Below, piece after piece: positions 25,886 through 35,900 of a DNA stretch of 49,816 bases (positions are counted from its first letter, which is position 1; each line of letters opens with the position of its first letter). This stretch comes from a virus (taxonomy: Duplodnaviria; Caudoviricetes), in the IMG/VR virus record IMGVR_UViG_3300033519_000095, positions 1-49,816 of that record, one strand, 5' to 3'. The notes under the pieces were generated by a model, which saw only the letters and a program-made list of their open reading frames with translations, was not told where the DNA came from and did no database searches. Both the position numbers and the translations under genes were made by a program.

Positions 25886-26227
25886 ATGAGTAATTTAAAT
25901 AAAAATATTTGGGGAAAGAAGAAATTCTCCGATATATTAGAAGAAATATATAATAATCAGAAGAAAAAAGAAGTTCAAATCTCCGCTCTTATTGGTGAAT
26001 TAAAACCACTTATTAATGATATAGGTGATGCTACCCTTATTGTCCCATTAATTAAGGAATATATGGAATTAGGGATTAAAAATGATGAGCAACTAATTAA
26101 AATGGCTACAATTATTCAAAGAGCAGTTAACTCAGAATCATCAGATGATGGTAATTTTGGCATGACTGAAGGTGAAAAAGCACAATTACTAGCCGAGATT
26201 AAAAACTTTAATACTAATAAGGATTAA
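25886..26227 (+). CDS. conserved hypothetical phage protein
   Basis: 113 aa, helical, coupled to the structural operon. Confidence 0.7.
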   Translation: MSNLNKNIWGKKKFSDILEEIYNNQKKKEVQISALIGELKPLINDIGDATLIVPLIKEYMELGIKNDEQLIKMATIIQRAVNSESSDDGNFGMTEGEKAQLLAEIKNFNTNKD

Positions 26228-27486
26228 TGAGTACTAAATTTGGATTTCCAGCACTAACCAATAGAGCTACTAATCTTAATAAACCTAAAAATTTTTCAGG
26301 AGGAAAAACATTACCTTTAATAGTAAGGGTTATAGATATAATATTAGATGAAAATCATCCTTTAATACAAAATGGTAGTATTGGGTTAAATTCATTAGGA
26401 ATGATAATTGGGGCGGGAACTAGACCTAATAATTTTGGTAAAATTTATAGAGCATTACCATCAAATCCAAATTCAAAAAAATACCCAATAATAAATGAGC
26501 ATGTTGAATTATTTCAAAGTACTACCCCTAATAGTAATACTCCTCAATTTTTTTATCAAGAATCATTAGGATTATTTGGGACTTCTACCCCAAATGGTAA
26601 TCAATTTCCATCTATTACTCAAAATATAACACCACCATCCCAAAATTTAAATTACTCTCAAATAGAGGCTGGTGCAACTAATATTATAGATAATCAACCT
26701 CAAACAATACCATCTAGTCCTATAAATAATCCAAGTCAAGCTAATTTTATAGAACAATCTAATATTCGACCATTAATGCCTTTTGAGGGACATATAATGT
26801 ATGAAGGTAGATTTGGAAATAGTTTACGTTTTGGGAGCACAGCTAAATCATTATCATTATATGCTAATAATTGGTCATCAGTAGGTAATAATGGAGATCC
26901 TATTACTATATTAAGAAATGGGCAATTTAATGATCCTAAAGTAGATAGTTGGATTCCTATAACTGAAAATATTCGAAATGATTTATCTTCTATTTATTTA
27001 ACTTCAACCCAAAAACTCAAAGACTTTAAAGTAGCTAGTGAGTTATATGATTCATATATAAACCCACCAATCCCACCTAGTCAATTTGTAAATCCTCAAA
27101 TAGTATTAAATTCTGATAGAATAGTAATAAATGCTAAAATGGATAGCATATTATTAAGTTCTCAAAAATCCATTGGATTTTCAACTAATGGAACTATTAA
27201 TATGGATACTAAATCATTTTACATTAATTCAAATGATATAAAATTAGGATCTAAAAACGCCACAGAACCAGTATTAAAAGGAGATACTACAATTGAAATG
27301 TTAAAACAATTAACAAAAGCAGTTAAAGATTTAGCTACAATATTAGAGGTAGATAAAAATTGGCCTGGAGGAAATCTACAAACAGGGTATAATGCCGTTG
27401 CAGGGAATGTCATTTTAACACTTAATAGTGTTGTAGATCAATTAAATAATGGTAGTTTAAAATCTAAAACCACAAAAGTACAATAA
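26227..27486 (+). CDS. baseplate hub/spike protein (gp5/gpV-like)
   Basis: EGRFGNSLRFGS; beta-rich C-terminus with IKLGS-x2-A-x-EPVLKG; context upstream of gp25. Confidence 0.55.
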   Translation: MSTKFGFPALTNRATNLNKPKNFSGGKTLPLIVRVIDIILDENHPLIQNGSIGLNSLGMIIGAGTRPNNFGKIYRALPSNPNSKKYPIINEHVELFQSTTPNSNTPQFFYQESLGLFGTSTPNGNQFPSITQNITPPSQNLNYSQIEAGATNIIDNQPQTIPSSPINNPSQANFIEQSNIRPLMPFEGHIMYEGRFGNSLRFGSTAKSLSLYANNWSSVGNNGDPITILRNGQFNDPKVDSWIPITENIRNDLSSIYLTSTQKLKDFKVASELYDSYINPPIPPSQFVNPQIVLNSDRIVINAKMDSILLSSQKSIGFSTNGTINMDTKSFYINSNDIKLGSKNATEPVLKGDTTIEMLKQLTKAVKDLATILEVDKNWPGGNLQTGYNAVAGNVILTLNSVVDQLNNGSLKSKTTKVQ

Positions 27487-28856
27487 TGGAAATGTCTGGA
27501 TCTGGTTCAATGAATGTAGATACTAGTGATTTATCAAATCCTAGTGAATCTATTAATTTATTAGATGAAATAGAATTATCTAAGATTCTTGATATACTTG
27601 GAATAAAATTACCAACAGTTAATATTCATTCATTACCTAAAAATGAACCATCAACAATCCCAACACCTCCAAAAAAAATAAAATTAATCCCTGTTACTGG
27701 GATTGTAGTAAATATAAAAACTAATGAACCTTTAAAGGGTGTAAAAGTAATTAGTTTATTAAAAACATCTAGAACTAATAATAAAGGAGAATTTGAAATT
27801 AAAATCCCATTAATACTAAATACTGGGATAAAACCAACTGAATTTCCTTTAAATTTTATTAAATCTAAATATACCCATTTAAAATATATACCATATACAT
27901 CTACAAGTGATATAAAATTTAATTTAGGAATAATAGGATTAAACCCATCAGAATCTAACTTAAAACAAGAAATAAATGATTTATTATCTCTTAAAGATGA
28001 TCAGGTTAAAGATTATACAACTACTGATATAACTTTTGAATTTAATGTGCAAAAGAAATTAAATTTAAGTATAGATGAGTTAAAGAAAACAGTAATACCT
28101 CTAATATTAGGTTTAATTGCTAAATATGGATTAACTAAAATACAAGAATTAGTTAATGAAAATAAATATCAATTAACTGAATCTTTAAAATCATTAATTA
28201 TTTGCCCACCCAAAGAAGATTTAGCTAAAATAATATCCACAAAAAATAAATTAACTCACCAATTAAATAAAATCCTTAATACTATAACCAAAGCATCAGA
28301 TCTAATCAATATATCAGATACTACAATATCAACTATTGATAATACATATCAAATATTAAAATTTTTACCTACCCCTTCAGCTGTAGCTGGTGTAGGTATT
28401 CCTATATCTGTAATTAATGCTGTGCAAGATGTTAAAACTTTTTTAAATAATACTATTGGTAAACTTAAACAAGGGAGTGGAGGTATAGCATCTATATTAA
28501 AAATATTAGTATCTATTTTAGAACAAGTACTTGCATTTTTAAATCTTTTAGATAAAATCACCCAATTCTGCTCCCAAGAATCAAACATTACCCAAGAACA
28601 AATATCAGCAGAATTAACAGCTTTAACTCAACAACAAACCCAACAACTATCTCCTATAGTTATAAATGTAAATGGATTTGAAATGGGGGTTGAAACAGAA
28701 CCTACAACAAATTCACTTAAACGCAGAAGATCTATAGCCAGAAATAAAGGAGGAATTGTAATGTTAACAGGAGAATGGTCTTATAGTTCAGTTGATCAGA
28801 TATTAATAGATGAACTTGTATTCTATATACAACAAAATAATTTAAAAGCAGACTAA
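27486..28856 (+). CDS. structural protein with carboxypeptidase-regulatory-like beta domain
   Basis: VTGIVVN-x-KTNEPLKGVKV...TNNKGEFEI. Confidence 0.55.
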   Translation: MEMSGSGSMNVDTSDLSNPSESINLLDEIELSKILDILGIKLPTVNIHSLPKNEPSTIPTPPKKIKLIPVTGIVVNIKTNEPLKGVKVISLLKTSRTNNKGEFEIKIPLILNTGIKPTEFPLNFIKSKYTHLKYIPYTSTSDIKFNLGIIGLNPSESNLKQEINDLLSLKDDQVKDYTTTDITFEFNVQKKLNLSIDELKKTVIPLILGLIAKYGLTKIQELVNENKYQLTESLKSLIICPPKEDLAKIISTKNKLTHQLNKILNTITKASDLINISDTTISTIDNTYQILKFLPTPSAVAGVGIPISVINAVQDVKTFLNNTIGKLKQGSGGIASILKILVSILEQVLAFLNLLDKITQFCSQESNITQEQISAELTALTQQQTQQLSPIVINVNGFEMGVETEPTTNSLKRRRSIARNKGGIVMLTGEWSYSSVDQILIDELVFYIQQNNLKAD

Positions 28857-28874
28857 CCAAATATTTATAATTAT

Positions 28875-29219
28875 ATGAAAGCCAGTGATTTAAAAAGATT
28901 CATTAAAGAATCAGTAAGAGAAGCAATTCAAGAAGAATTAAAAGACATTTTATTAGAAGCCGTTAAAACCCCTAAACATATAGTTAGAGAGTCTTATATA
29001 ACTCCTCAACCTAATGTTAATTCACCTTCTTCACCTCCAAATATTACTATGGATCGAAGACAATCTTATATGGATATTTTAGGAGAAACTGCTTTAAGTT
29101 TTACTTCTCAAGATGTTGCAAGATTTAATCCGGGAGTAAATGCAGATACTATAAATGGACAATTACCCGCTGGAGATCTTGGAATGGATCAAATAATGAA
29201 TTTAATGAGTAATAAATAA
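28875..29219 (+). CDS. hypothetical virion-associated protein
   Basis: LKRFIKESVREAIQEE leader. Confidence 0.6.
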   Translation: MKASDLKRFIKESVREAIQEELKDILLEAVKTPKHIVRESYITPQPNVNSPSSPPNITMDRRQSYMDILGETALSFTSQDVARFNPGVNADTINGQLPAGDLGMDQIMNLMSNK

Positions 29220-29623
29220 TGGCTTTTAATCCCCAACAAATATATCCTATTGATCTAAACGCTAGTAAGGCTGTTGGGGTAGATATTCCTTTTAATGGTC
29301 CTGCGGTTTTTAAATCGAATTATCTAACAAAGAATGCTATTAAAAATAATTTAATTAATTTCTTTTTAACAAATCCTGGAGAAAGATATTTAAATCCATT
29401 ATTTGGAGCCGGATTACGTGCTTTTATTTTTGAACAAATTACTAACGATAATTTAAATTTCCTTAGAGAAGATATAAATTCAAAATTGAATACTTATTTC
29501 CCAAACATTACAATAAATGATTTAATAGTTACAGGTCAAGTAGATACAAATCAAGTTACAGTAACTTTAAATTATTCTGTAATTAATACTAATATTACAG
29601 ATAACCTAGAAATCCAACTTTAA
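29219..29623 (+). CDS. baseplate wedge protein, T4 gp25/GPW-like
   Basis: IKNNLINFFLTNPGERYLNPLFG-x-GL-x3-IFE. Confidence 0.9.
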   Translation: MAFNPQQIYPIDLNASKAVGVDIPFNGPAVFKSNYLTKNAIKNNLINFFLTNPGERYLNPLFGAGLRAFIFEQITNDNLNFLREDINSKLNTYFPNITINDLIVTGQVDTNQVTVTLNYSVINTNITDNLEIQL

Positions 29624-29625
29624 TA

Positions 29626-31470
29626 ATGGCAAACACTAATAGAGATATAAAATACATAAATAGAGATTTTTCAGATTTTAGACAACGTTTAATTGAATAT
29701 ACTAAAACATATTTTCCTGATACTTATAATGATTTCTCTCCTTCATCTCCTGGGATGTTATTTATGGAACAAGCATCATATGTTGGGGATGTTTTAAGTT
29801 TTTATCTAGATAATCAATTTCAAGAAAATTTTATACAATACGCTCAACAAACCAATAACATATATGAATTATCTTATATGTTTGGATATAAACCAAAATT
29901 AACAGCTGCTGCTCAAGTATCTATTGATTTTTTTCAACAATTACCTGCAAAAACAGTAAGTGGATCTGTAGTTCCTGATTATGATTATGCTTTAAGTATT
30001 AGTGAAAATACTGCAATAAGTTCCCAATCTGGACAATCCTTTGTAATACAAGATAAAATTGATTTTTCAGTTTCTAGTTCCCAAGACACTACAGAAGTTT
30101 CAGTATATCAAATAGCAGGAAATATCCCACAATATTTTTTATTAAAAAAAAGTAGGAATGCTATATCTTCTAAAATTATAACTCAGACATTTACATTTGG
30201 AGATGTACAGCCTTTTACAACTATAGAATTAACAGATTCAAATTTTATAGAGATATTAGATATAGTAGATTCTGATGGAAATATATGGTATGAAGTAGAC
30301 CATTTGGGGCAAGAAATGATTCTCAATCCTATTAAAAATACTAACATAAATGATCCTAATATTAATCAAGATACCTCATACTTATTAAGACTTAAAAAGA
30401 TACAAAGACGTTTTTCAACTCGAATTAAATCTAGTAATACTATACAAATCCAATTCGGTGCTGGATCTCCAAGTAATACTGATGAAGAAATAACACCCAA
30501 TCCTAATAATGTAGGTTTAGGATTACCATTTATAAAAGATAAACTAACAGCAGCATATTCACCTGTTAACTTTTTATATACTGGAACTTATGGAATTTCC
30601 CCCTCTAATACCGCTTTAACTGTAAGATATTTAAGTGGTGGGGGTGTTAATTCTAATATAGCTGCTAATACTTTAACTAAACCTAATAATTATGGAGTTA
30701 AATTTAATAATATTAATTTAAATAATACCACGGCAGATTATATATTTAATTCATTAGCAACTAATAACCCATTAGCAGCAAGTGGTGGAAAGAATGGAGA
30801 TACTATAGAAGAAATTAGACAAAATGCTCTAGCATTAGCAGCATCCCAACAAAGATCAGTTACAGCAGATGATTATTTAGTTAGAGCTCTAAGTATGCCT
30901 TCTAATTTTGGTGCTATTACTAAAGCATACATTGAACAACCTAAACTAACAGACAATCAAGTTTCAACTATTGAAACCTTAAACTTATATTGCCTATCTC
31001 AAAACTCAGAGGGTCAATTAGATTATGCCTCTACTACTCTAAAAAATAATTTACGAACTTATCTATCCCAATATAGAATAATTGGTGATAATATTGAAAT
31101 TAGAGATGCTTTTATAATTAATATTGGAGTTAATTTCGAGATAATAGTATTACCAGAATATAATAATAATGAAGTTTTATTATCTTGCATAACAACCCTT
31201 CAAAATTATTTCAAAATTGATAATTGGCAGTTAAATCAACCTATAATGTTAAGAGATTTATACATAATGTTAGATAAAATTAAAGGTGTTCAAACTATTA
31301 AAAATATTGAAATAGAAAATAAAGCAGGTACAACCTCTGGATACTCGGCTTATGCATATGATATAATAAGCGCTACACAAAATCAAATAATTTACCCATC
31401 ATTGGATCCAAGCATATTTGAAGTTAGATATCCTAATTTAGATATTAAAGGTAAAGTAGTTCCTTTATAA
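29626..31470 (+). CDS. baseplate wedge protein, T4 gp6/baseplate J-like
   Basis: DF-x2-FRQRL...YNDFS-x-SSPG; ASGG-x3-DTIEEIR; QQRSVTADDY. Confidence 0.88.
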   Translation: MANTNRDIKYINRDFSDFRQRLIEYTKTYFPDTYNDFSPSSPGMLFMEQASYVGDVLSFYLDNQFQENFIQYAQQTNNIYELSYMFGYKPKLTAAAQVSIDFFQQLPAKTVSGSVVPDYDYALSISENTAISSQSGQSFVIQDKIDFSVSSSQDTTEVSVYQIAGNIPQYFLLKKSRNAISSKIITQTFTFGDVQPFTTIELTDSNFIEILDIVDSDGNIWYEVDHLGQEMILNPIKNTNINDPNINQDTSYLLRLKKIQRRFSTRIKSSNTIQIQFGAGSPSNTDEEITPNPNNVGLGLPFIKDKLTAAYSPVNFLYTGTYGISPSNTALTVRYLSGGGVNSNIAANTLTKPNNYGVKFNNINLNNTTADYIFNSLATNNPLAASGGKNGDTIEEIRQNALALAASQQRSVTADDYLVRALSMPSNFGAITKAYIEQPKLTDNQVSTIETLNLYCLSQNSEGQLDYASTTLKNNLRTYLSQYRIIGDNIEIRDAFIINIGVNFEIIVLPEYNNNEVLLSCITTLQNYFKIDNWQLNQPIMLRDLYIMLDKIKGVQTIKNIEIENKAGTTSGYSAYAYDIISATQNQIIYPSLDPSIFEVRYPNLDIKGKVVPL

Positions 31471-31483
31471 TATTTATAATAAA

Positions 31484-32620
31484 ATGGCTGTTTATAAAAT
31501 ATTTCCATATAAGGATGCTTCTATATATTCATCCCTTCCCCTTATGAATTCGGGAATGGATGCTATAAGTGAAATTACAAATGCTTTAACTATAGATGGA
31601 AATCCTGGAGTATCTAGATTTTTAACCCAATTTGATTCTACAGAAATTAATAATGTTATAAATGATAAAATTGGCAACTCTCAATGGGATGTTAAATTAA
31701 ATTTATTTGTAGCTACAGCTCAAGGAATATCATCAGAATATACAGCCGAAATATGGCCTGTTGCTCAAGATTGGAATAATGGAACGGGTGAATATTTAGA
31801 TTCACCTCAAACAATAGACGGAATATCTTGGACATACCCAAATTATTCAGGATCAATTCCATGGAGTATGAATGGTTCAATAGGATCTGAACTTTTTACA
31901 GGATCATATGATTCTAGCTATGCAGGACAAGGTGGAGGAAACTGGTTTTATTCAGGACCAGGAGTATCGTCATATTTAGTAACTCAATCTTTTGGTTTAA
32001 GAAGTGATAAAGATTTAAGTGTAAGTGTTAAAACTATAGTATCTAAATGGTATAGTGGATCTATCCCAAATAATGGTTTTATTACTAAATGGGATGAATC
32101 CTTAGAATTTAATTCAAGTCAATATGTTCAACCTATCATAAAATATTATAGTGTTGATACAAATACAATATATCCACCACAATTAGAATTTAATTGGATA
32201 GATTACTCAACAGTGCTAACAGGCTCCCAACCCGGAAATATAGTTACTACTTCAAATTTAAAGTTGGCTATAAATGAAAACCCAGGAATATTTTATCCTA
32301 GTAGTGTGAATAGATTTAGAGTAAATGTAAGTCCTTTATACCCTACAAGAACATTCCAAACATCATCATATTTTATAAATCCAAATTATCTACCAACTTC
32401 TTCATATTATGCTGTGAAAGACTTGGATACTAACGAATTTGTTATTAACTTCGATAATCAATATACTCAAATTAGTGCTGATAATAATAGTAATTATTTT
32501 GATATATATATGAATGGTTTACAACCTGAGAGATATTATACTATTTTAATTAAGACTATAATTGATGGTTCAACTATTATTTTTGATGATCATTATTATT
32601 TTAAAATAATTAATGGATGA
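31484..32620 (+). CDS. virion structural protein (DNRLRE-like beta domain)
   Basis: SRFLTQFD, W-x2-GTG, NNGFI, PQLEF-x-W pattern. Confidence 0.6.
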   Translation: MAVYKIFPYKDASIYSSLPLMNSGMDAISEITNALTIDGNPGVSRFLTQFDSTEINNVINDKIGNSQWDVKLNLFVATAQGISSEYTAEIWPVAQDWNNGTGEYLDSPQTIDGISWTYPNYSGSIPWSMNGSIGSELFTGSYDSSYAGQGGGNWFYSGPGVSSYLVTQSFGLRSDKDLSVSVKTIVSKWYSGSIPNNGFITKWDESLEFNSSQYVQPIIKYYSVDTNTIYPPQLEFNWIDYSTVLTGSQPGNIVTTSNLKLAINENPGIFYPSSVNRFRVNVSPLYPTRTFQTSSYFINPNYLPTSSYYAVKDLDTNEFVINFDNQYTQISADNNSNYFDIYMNGLQPERYYTILIKTIIDGSTIIFDDHYYFKIING

Positions 32621-32979
32621 GTGAAAGTATAAATTTTAATAAACAAGTATATAATAAAAATGATTATCAAAAGATAATTGATACTTCATTTACACAGTTA
32701 GGAGTTCAAACAGTTCAAGAACAGTTAAATACTCAACCTACTACTGATGATTTTTTTACTATGTATAACGATTTATTTTATGATATAAACGAATTAGGTA
32801 ATACTAATTCACACGAATATTTAATTAAAACTAGTAGTGAATATATTAATTATACTGCTAATCAAGCTATAATAGATGCACTTCAAGCAGAAATTACTCA
32901 ATTGAGAACTGAATTACTTGATTCACAAAAACAAGTTATAGAATTACAAACAGGAACATCATTAGCTAACCCACAATAA
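32617..32979 (+). CDS. structural protein with C-terminal coiled coil
   Basis: Operon coupling. Confidence 0.6.
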   Translation: MSESINFNKQVYNKNDYQKIIDTSFTQLGVQTVQEQLNTQPTTDDFFTMYNDLFYDINELGNTNSHEYLIKTSSEYINYTANQAIIDALQAEITQLRTELLDSQKQVIELQTGTSLANPQ

Positions 32980-35900
32980 TGGCAGCAGAAATAATACCAA
33001 TAGATACCCAAGACCTAACCACCCAAATTTATATAGGTCAGGATATAAATTTAATATCAACATTTAATGTTACTGCATCTTTATCCTCAAGTAGTTATAT
33101 TGAGTATTTTACTTACGATTTAAATCAAAATTTATTAACTACAGATTATAATTATACTCAGTACACAGTTACAAATGATGGGCAATCTGCAGGTTTAAAT
33201 AATACTTTATCTAGTATTAATATTGATCCTGAACAATCACTTTTAATAGATGGATTTGATCAAGGTTCTTATATAACTTATTATAACTTTTTAAATAAGC
33301 AAATTGGTTCAAATATTGAACAATTATACATTACTGAAATTTCTTCTGATAGAACTGAAGTAAGATTGGATAGTACAGTTTTATCTAATTTAGATATAGT
33401 TGAAAAAACAAATACATTTATTCAAGAAAGAAATAATAGTATTTATTTTCTAGATTTTTATTTAAACTTTGGAGATAACCAACTATTGATATCAAATAAT
33501 ATATCTTTAGATGATCAAGATCCTAATAATCCAACAATACTTGTTAAATTATATGAGCCACTACCAGATGATTTTGATTTAAATTCAACATTATGGGTTG
33601 TTACCTCTATTGAGGAATCAATAGCTTATCAAGTAAATTTTGAGGATGAACCAATTATAATTCAAGATACAACTCCTATTAAAGGACCTAATTTTAATTT
33701 ATATTTAAAAGATCAAGTAAATAATTCTTCATTAGAACTATCATATGCTGATTTAATTGCAACCTCTTTAACAAGTTCACACAATCAACTAAATAGTTTA
33801 CTAGAGGAAAAAGAAATAGATATTAATATTGATTATACCAATTTTAATAATTTTATCCATTTTAGCTCAGCTCAAACAAGACTTGAAAATTTTTATTATA
33901 AAGTTAGTTTAATAGAACAGTATTCATCTTCTATTGCTGTACTTAATTCTACAAATTCATCCTCTATAGCAGTTGGGGAAACATCTACTGTATTAGAAAA
34001 TAAAATAAGTGATATAATAACTAATTTTGACGGTTATGATTATTATTTATATTATAGTAGTGGATCTTATGCTTGGCCTAAAACAACTTCAGAACCCCCA
34101 TATCAACTTGCTACTACTACAAGTCCTACAGTTTTAAATTGGTTTGGTAGCCCAAATGAGACAGACCCATACTTTGGAGGTATAATTAACTCAGCATCAT
34201 CCTTTGATAATAAAAATAAAGATAACTTACTATTTTCCATACCAGAATTTTTAAGAGACGATCCTGATAATTCTCAATATGAATTATTTATTGATATGAT
34301 TGCTCAACATTTTGATAATATTTGGATATATTACAAAGATGTTACACAAAAATTTGATGCTGATAATAGATTGGAATCTGGTATATCTAAAGACATAGTA
34401 GCAGATGCTATTAGAGATTTTGGGATTAAATTATATCAAAATAATTTTTCAAATGAGGATTTATTTACAGCGTTCTTAGGATTAACTCCTGAAGGTGGTT
34501 TATTTCCATTTCCAAATATAACAGGTTCACTTCCAACACCTAGTGGATATGAATATGTTGATACTTTAATTTCTGCTTCAAACGATTATTTACCGCTAGA
34601 TGATGTAAATAAATCGTTATATAAACGCATATACCATAATTTACCATACCTGCTGAAATCAAAAGGTACTATACCTGGATTACGCGCTCTTATTACTTCA
34701 TATGGTATTCCTGATACTATTTTAAGAATAAATGAGTATGGAGGTAAAGATAAAGTTGAAAAAAATGATTGGGATTATTGGCAAAATGAATTCAATTATA
34801 CTTTCTACACATCAGCTAGTAATTATGTTACTTCTTCTTGGGGATTAAATACGGATTGGGGATCAATAAATAATGTTCCTGGAGCTGTTATGTTCCGTTT
34901 TAAACTCGATACACCTGATCCTCTATTAGGTTCACCTAATCAAATACTATTTTCTGATCCTCAAATAAAACAAGAACTTTCTATTTCATATACAGGCTCA
35001 GGATATACTAGTGGCTCATATAGTGGTTCAATAGCTGATCCTTATTACCAATATGCTACTTTAACTTTTACACCAGATACTTCTTACCCAACATCAACAG
35101 CTAGTGTTTATCTCCCATTCTACAATGAAGGATGGTGGTCTGTTTTATTAAATGCTTCTACTGATATTGATAACCCATCAAATATAACTTTTAATTTATA
35201 TGCTTCTAATAAAATATATGAGGGGGGAGATAATGGAACTTTATTAGGATTTATAGCTTCTTCATCAATTTTAGATTCCTCAGGACTTTGGAGTAGTTTT
35301 AATGATGTTTATTTTGGATATACTACTACTGGTTCTTTACAAGAAATTAGATACTATACTAACCCTATAAGTGAAAGTGTATTTAAAGATTATGTAATGA
35401 ATCCTTATTCAATTGAAGGAAATTCACTAAATAGTGGACCCAATGAACTTGCTTTTAGAGCATCTTTAGGTGGAGAATTATATACTGGATTAACTTCAAT
35501 ACATCCTAAAGTAACTGGTTCTTGGATTCCTACTAGTTCATTTGTTGGAAATAGTAACTTTTCTTTTGCATATTCAAAACCAACATTCATACCTAATACA
35601 GAATATTTCTTCTATGATCAACCAGTAATAGGTATCCAAAACGCTGTAAGTGATAAAATTAGATTAGAAGACAATATAATGCCTTCTGGAAGTACTTTAT
35701 CTGCTTATAGAAGAATAGTACAAAATTCAGAGGTAAGTGCAAGTTATACCCCTGCAACAAATTTACTTGAGGTAGCATTTTCACCACAAGATGAGATAAA
35801 TGATGATATTTCATCCCAAATTGGATATTTCAATATAGGAGATTTTATAGGTGATCCTGCATTTAGATCCTCTCAACTTACTTCATATCCTGATTTAGAT

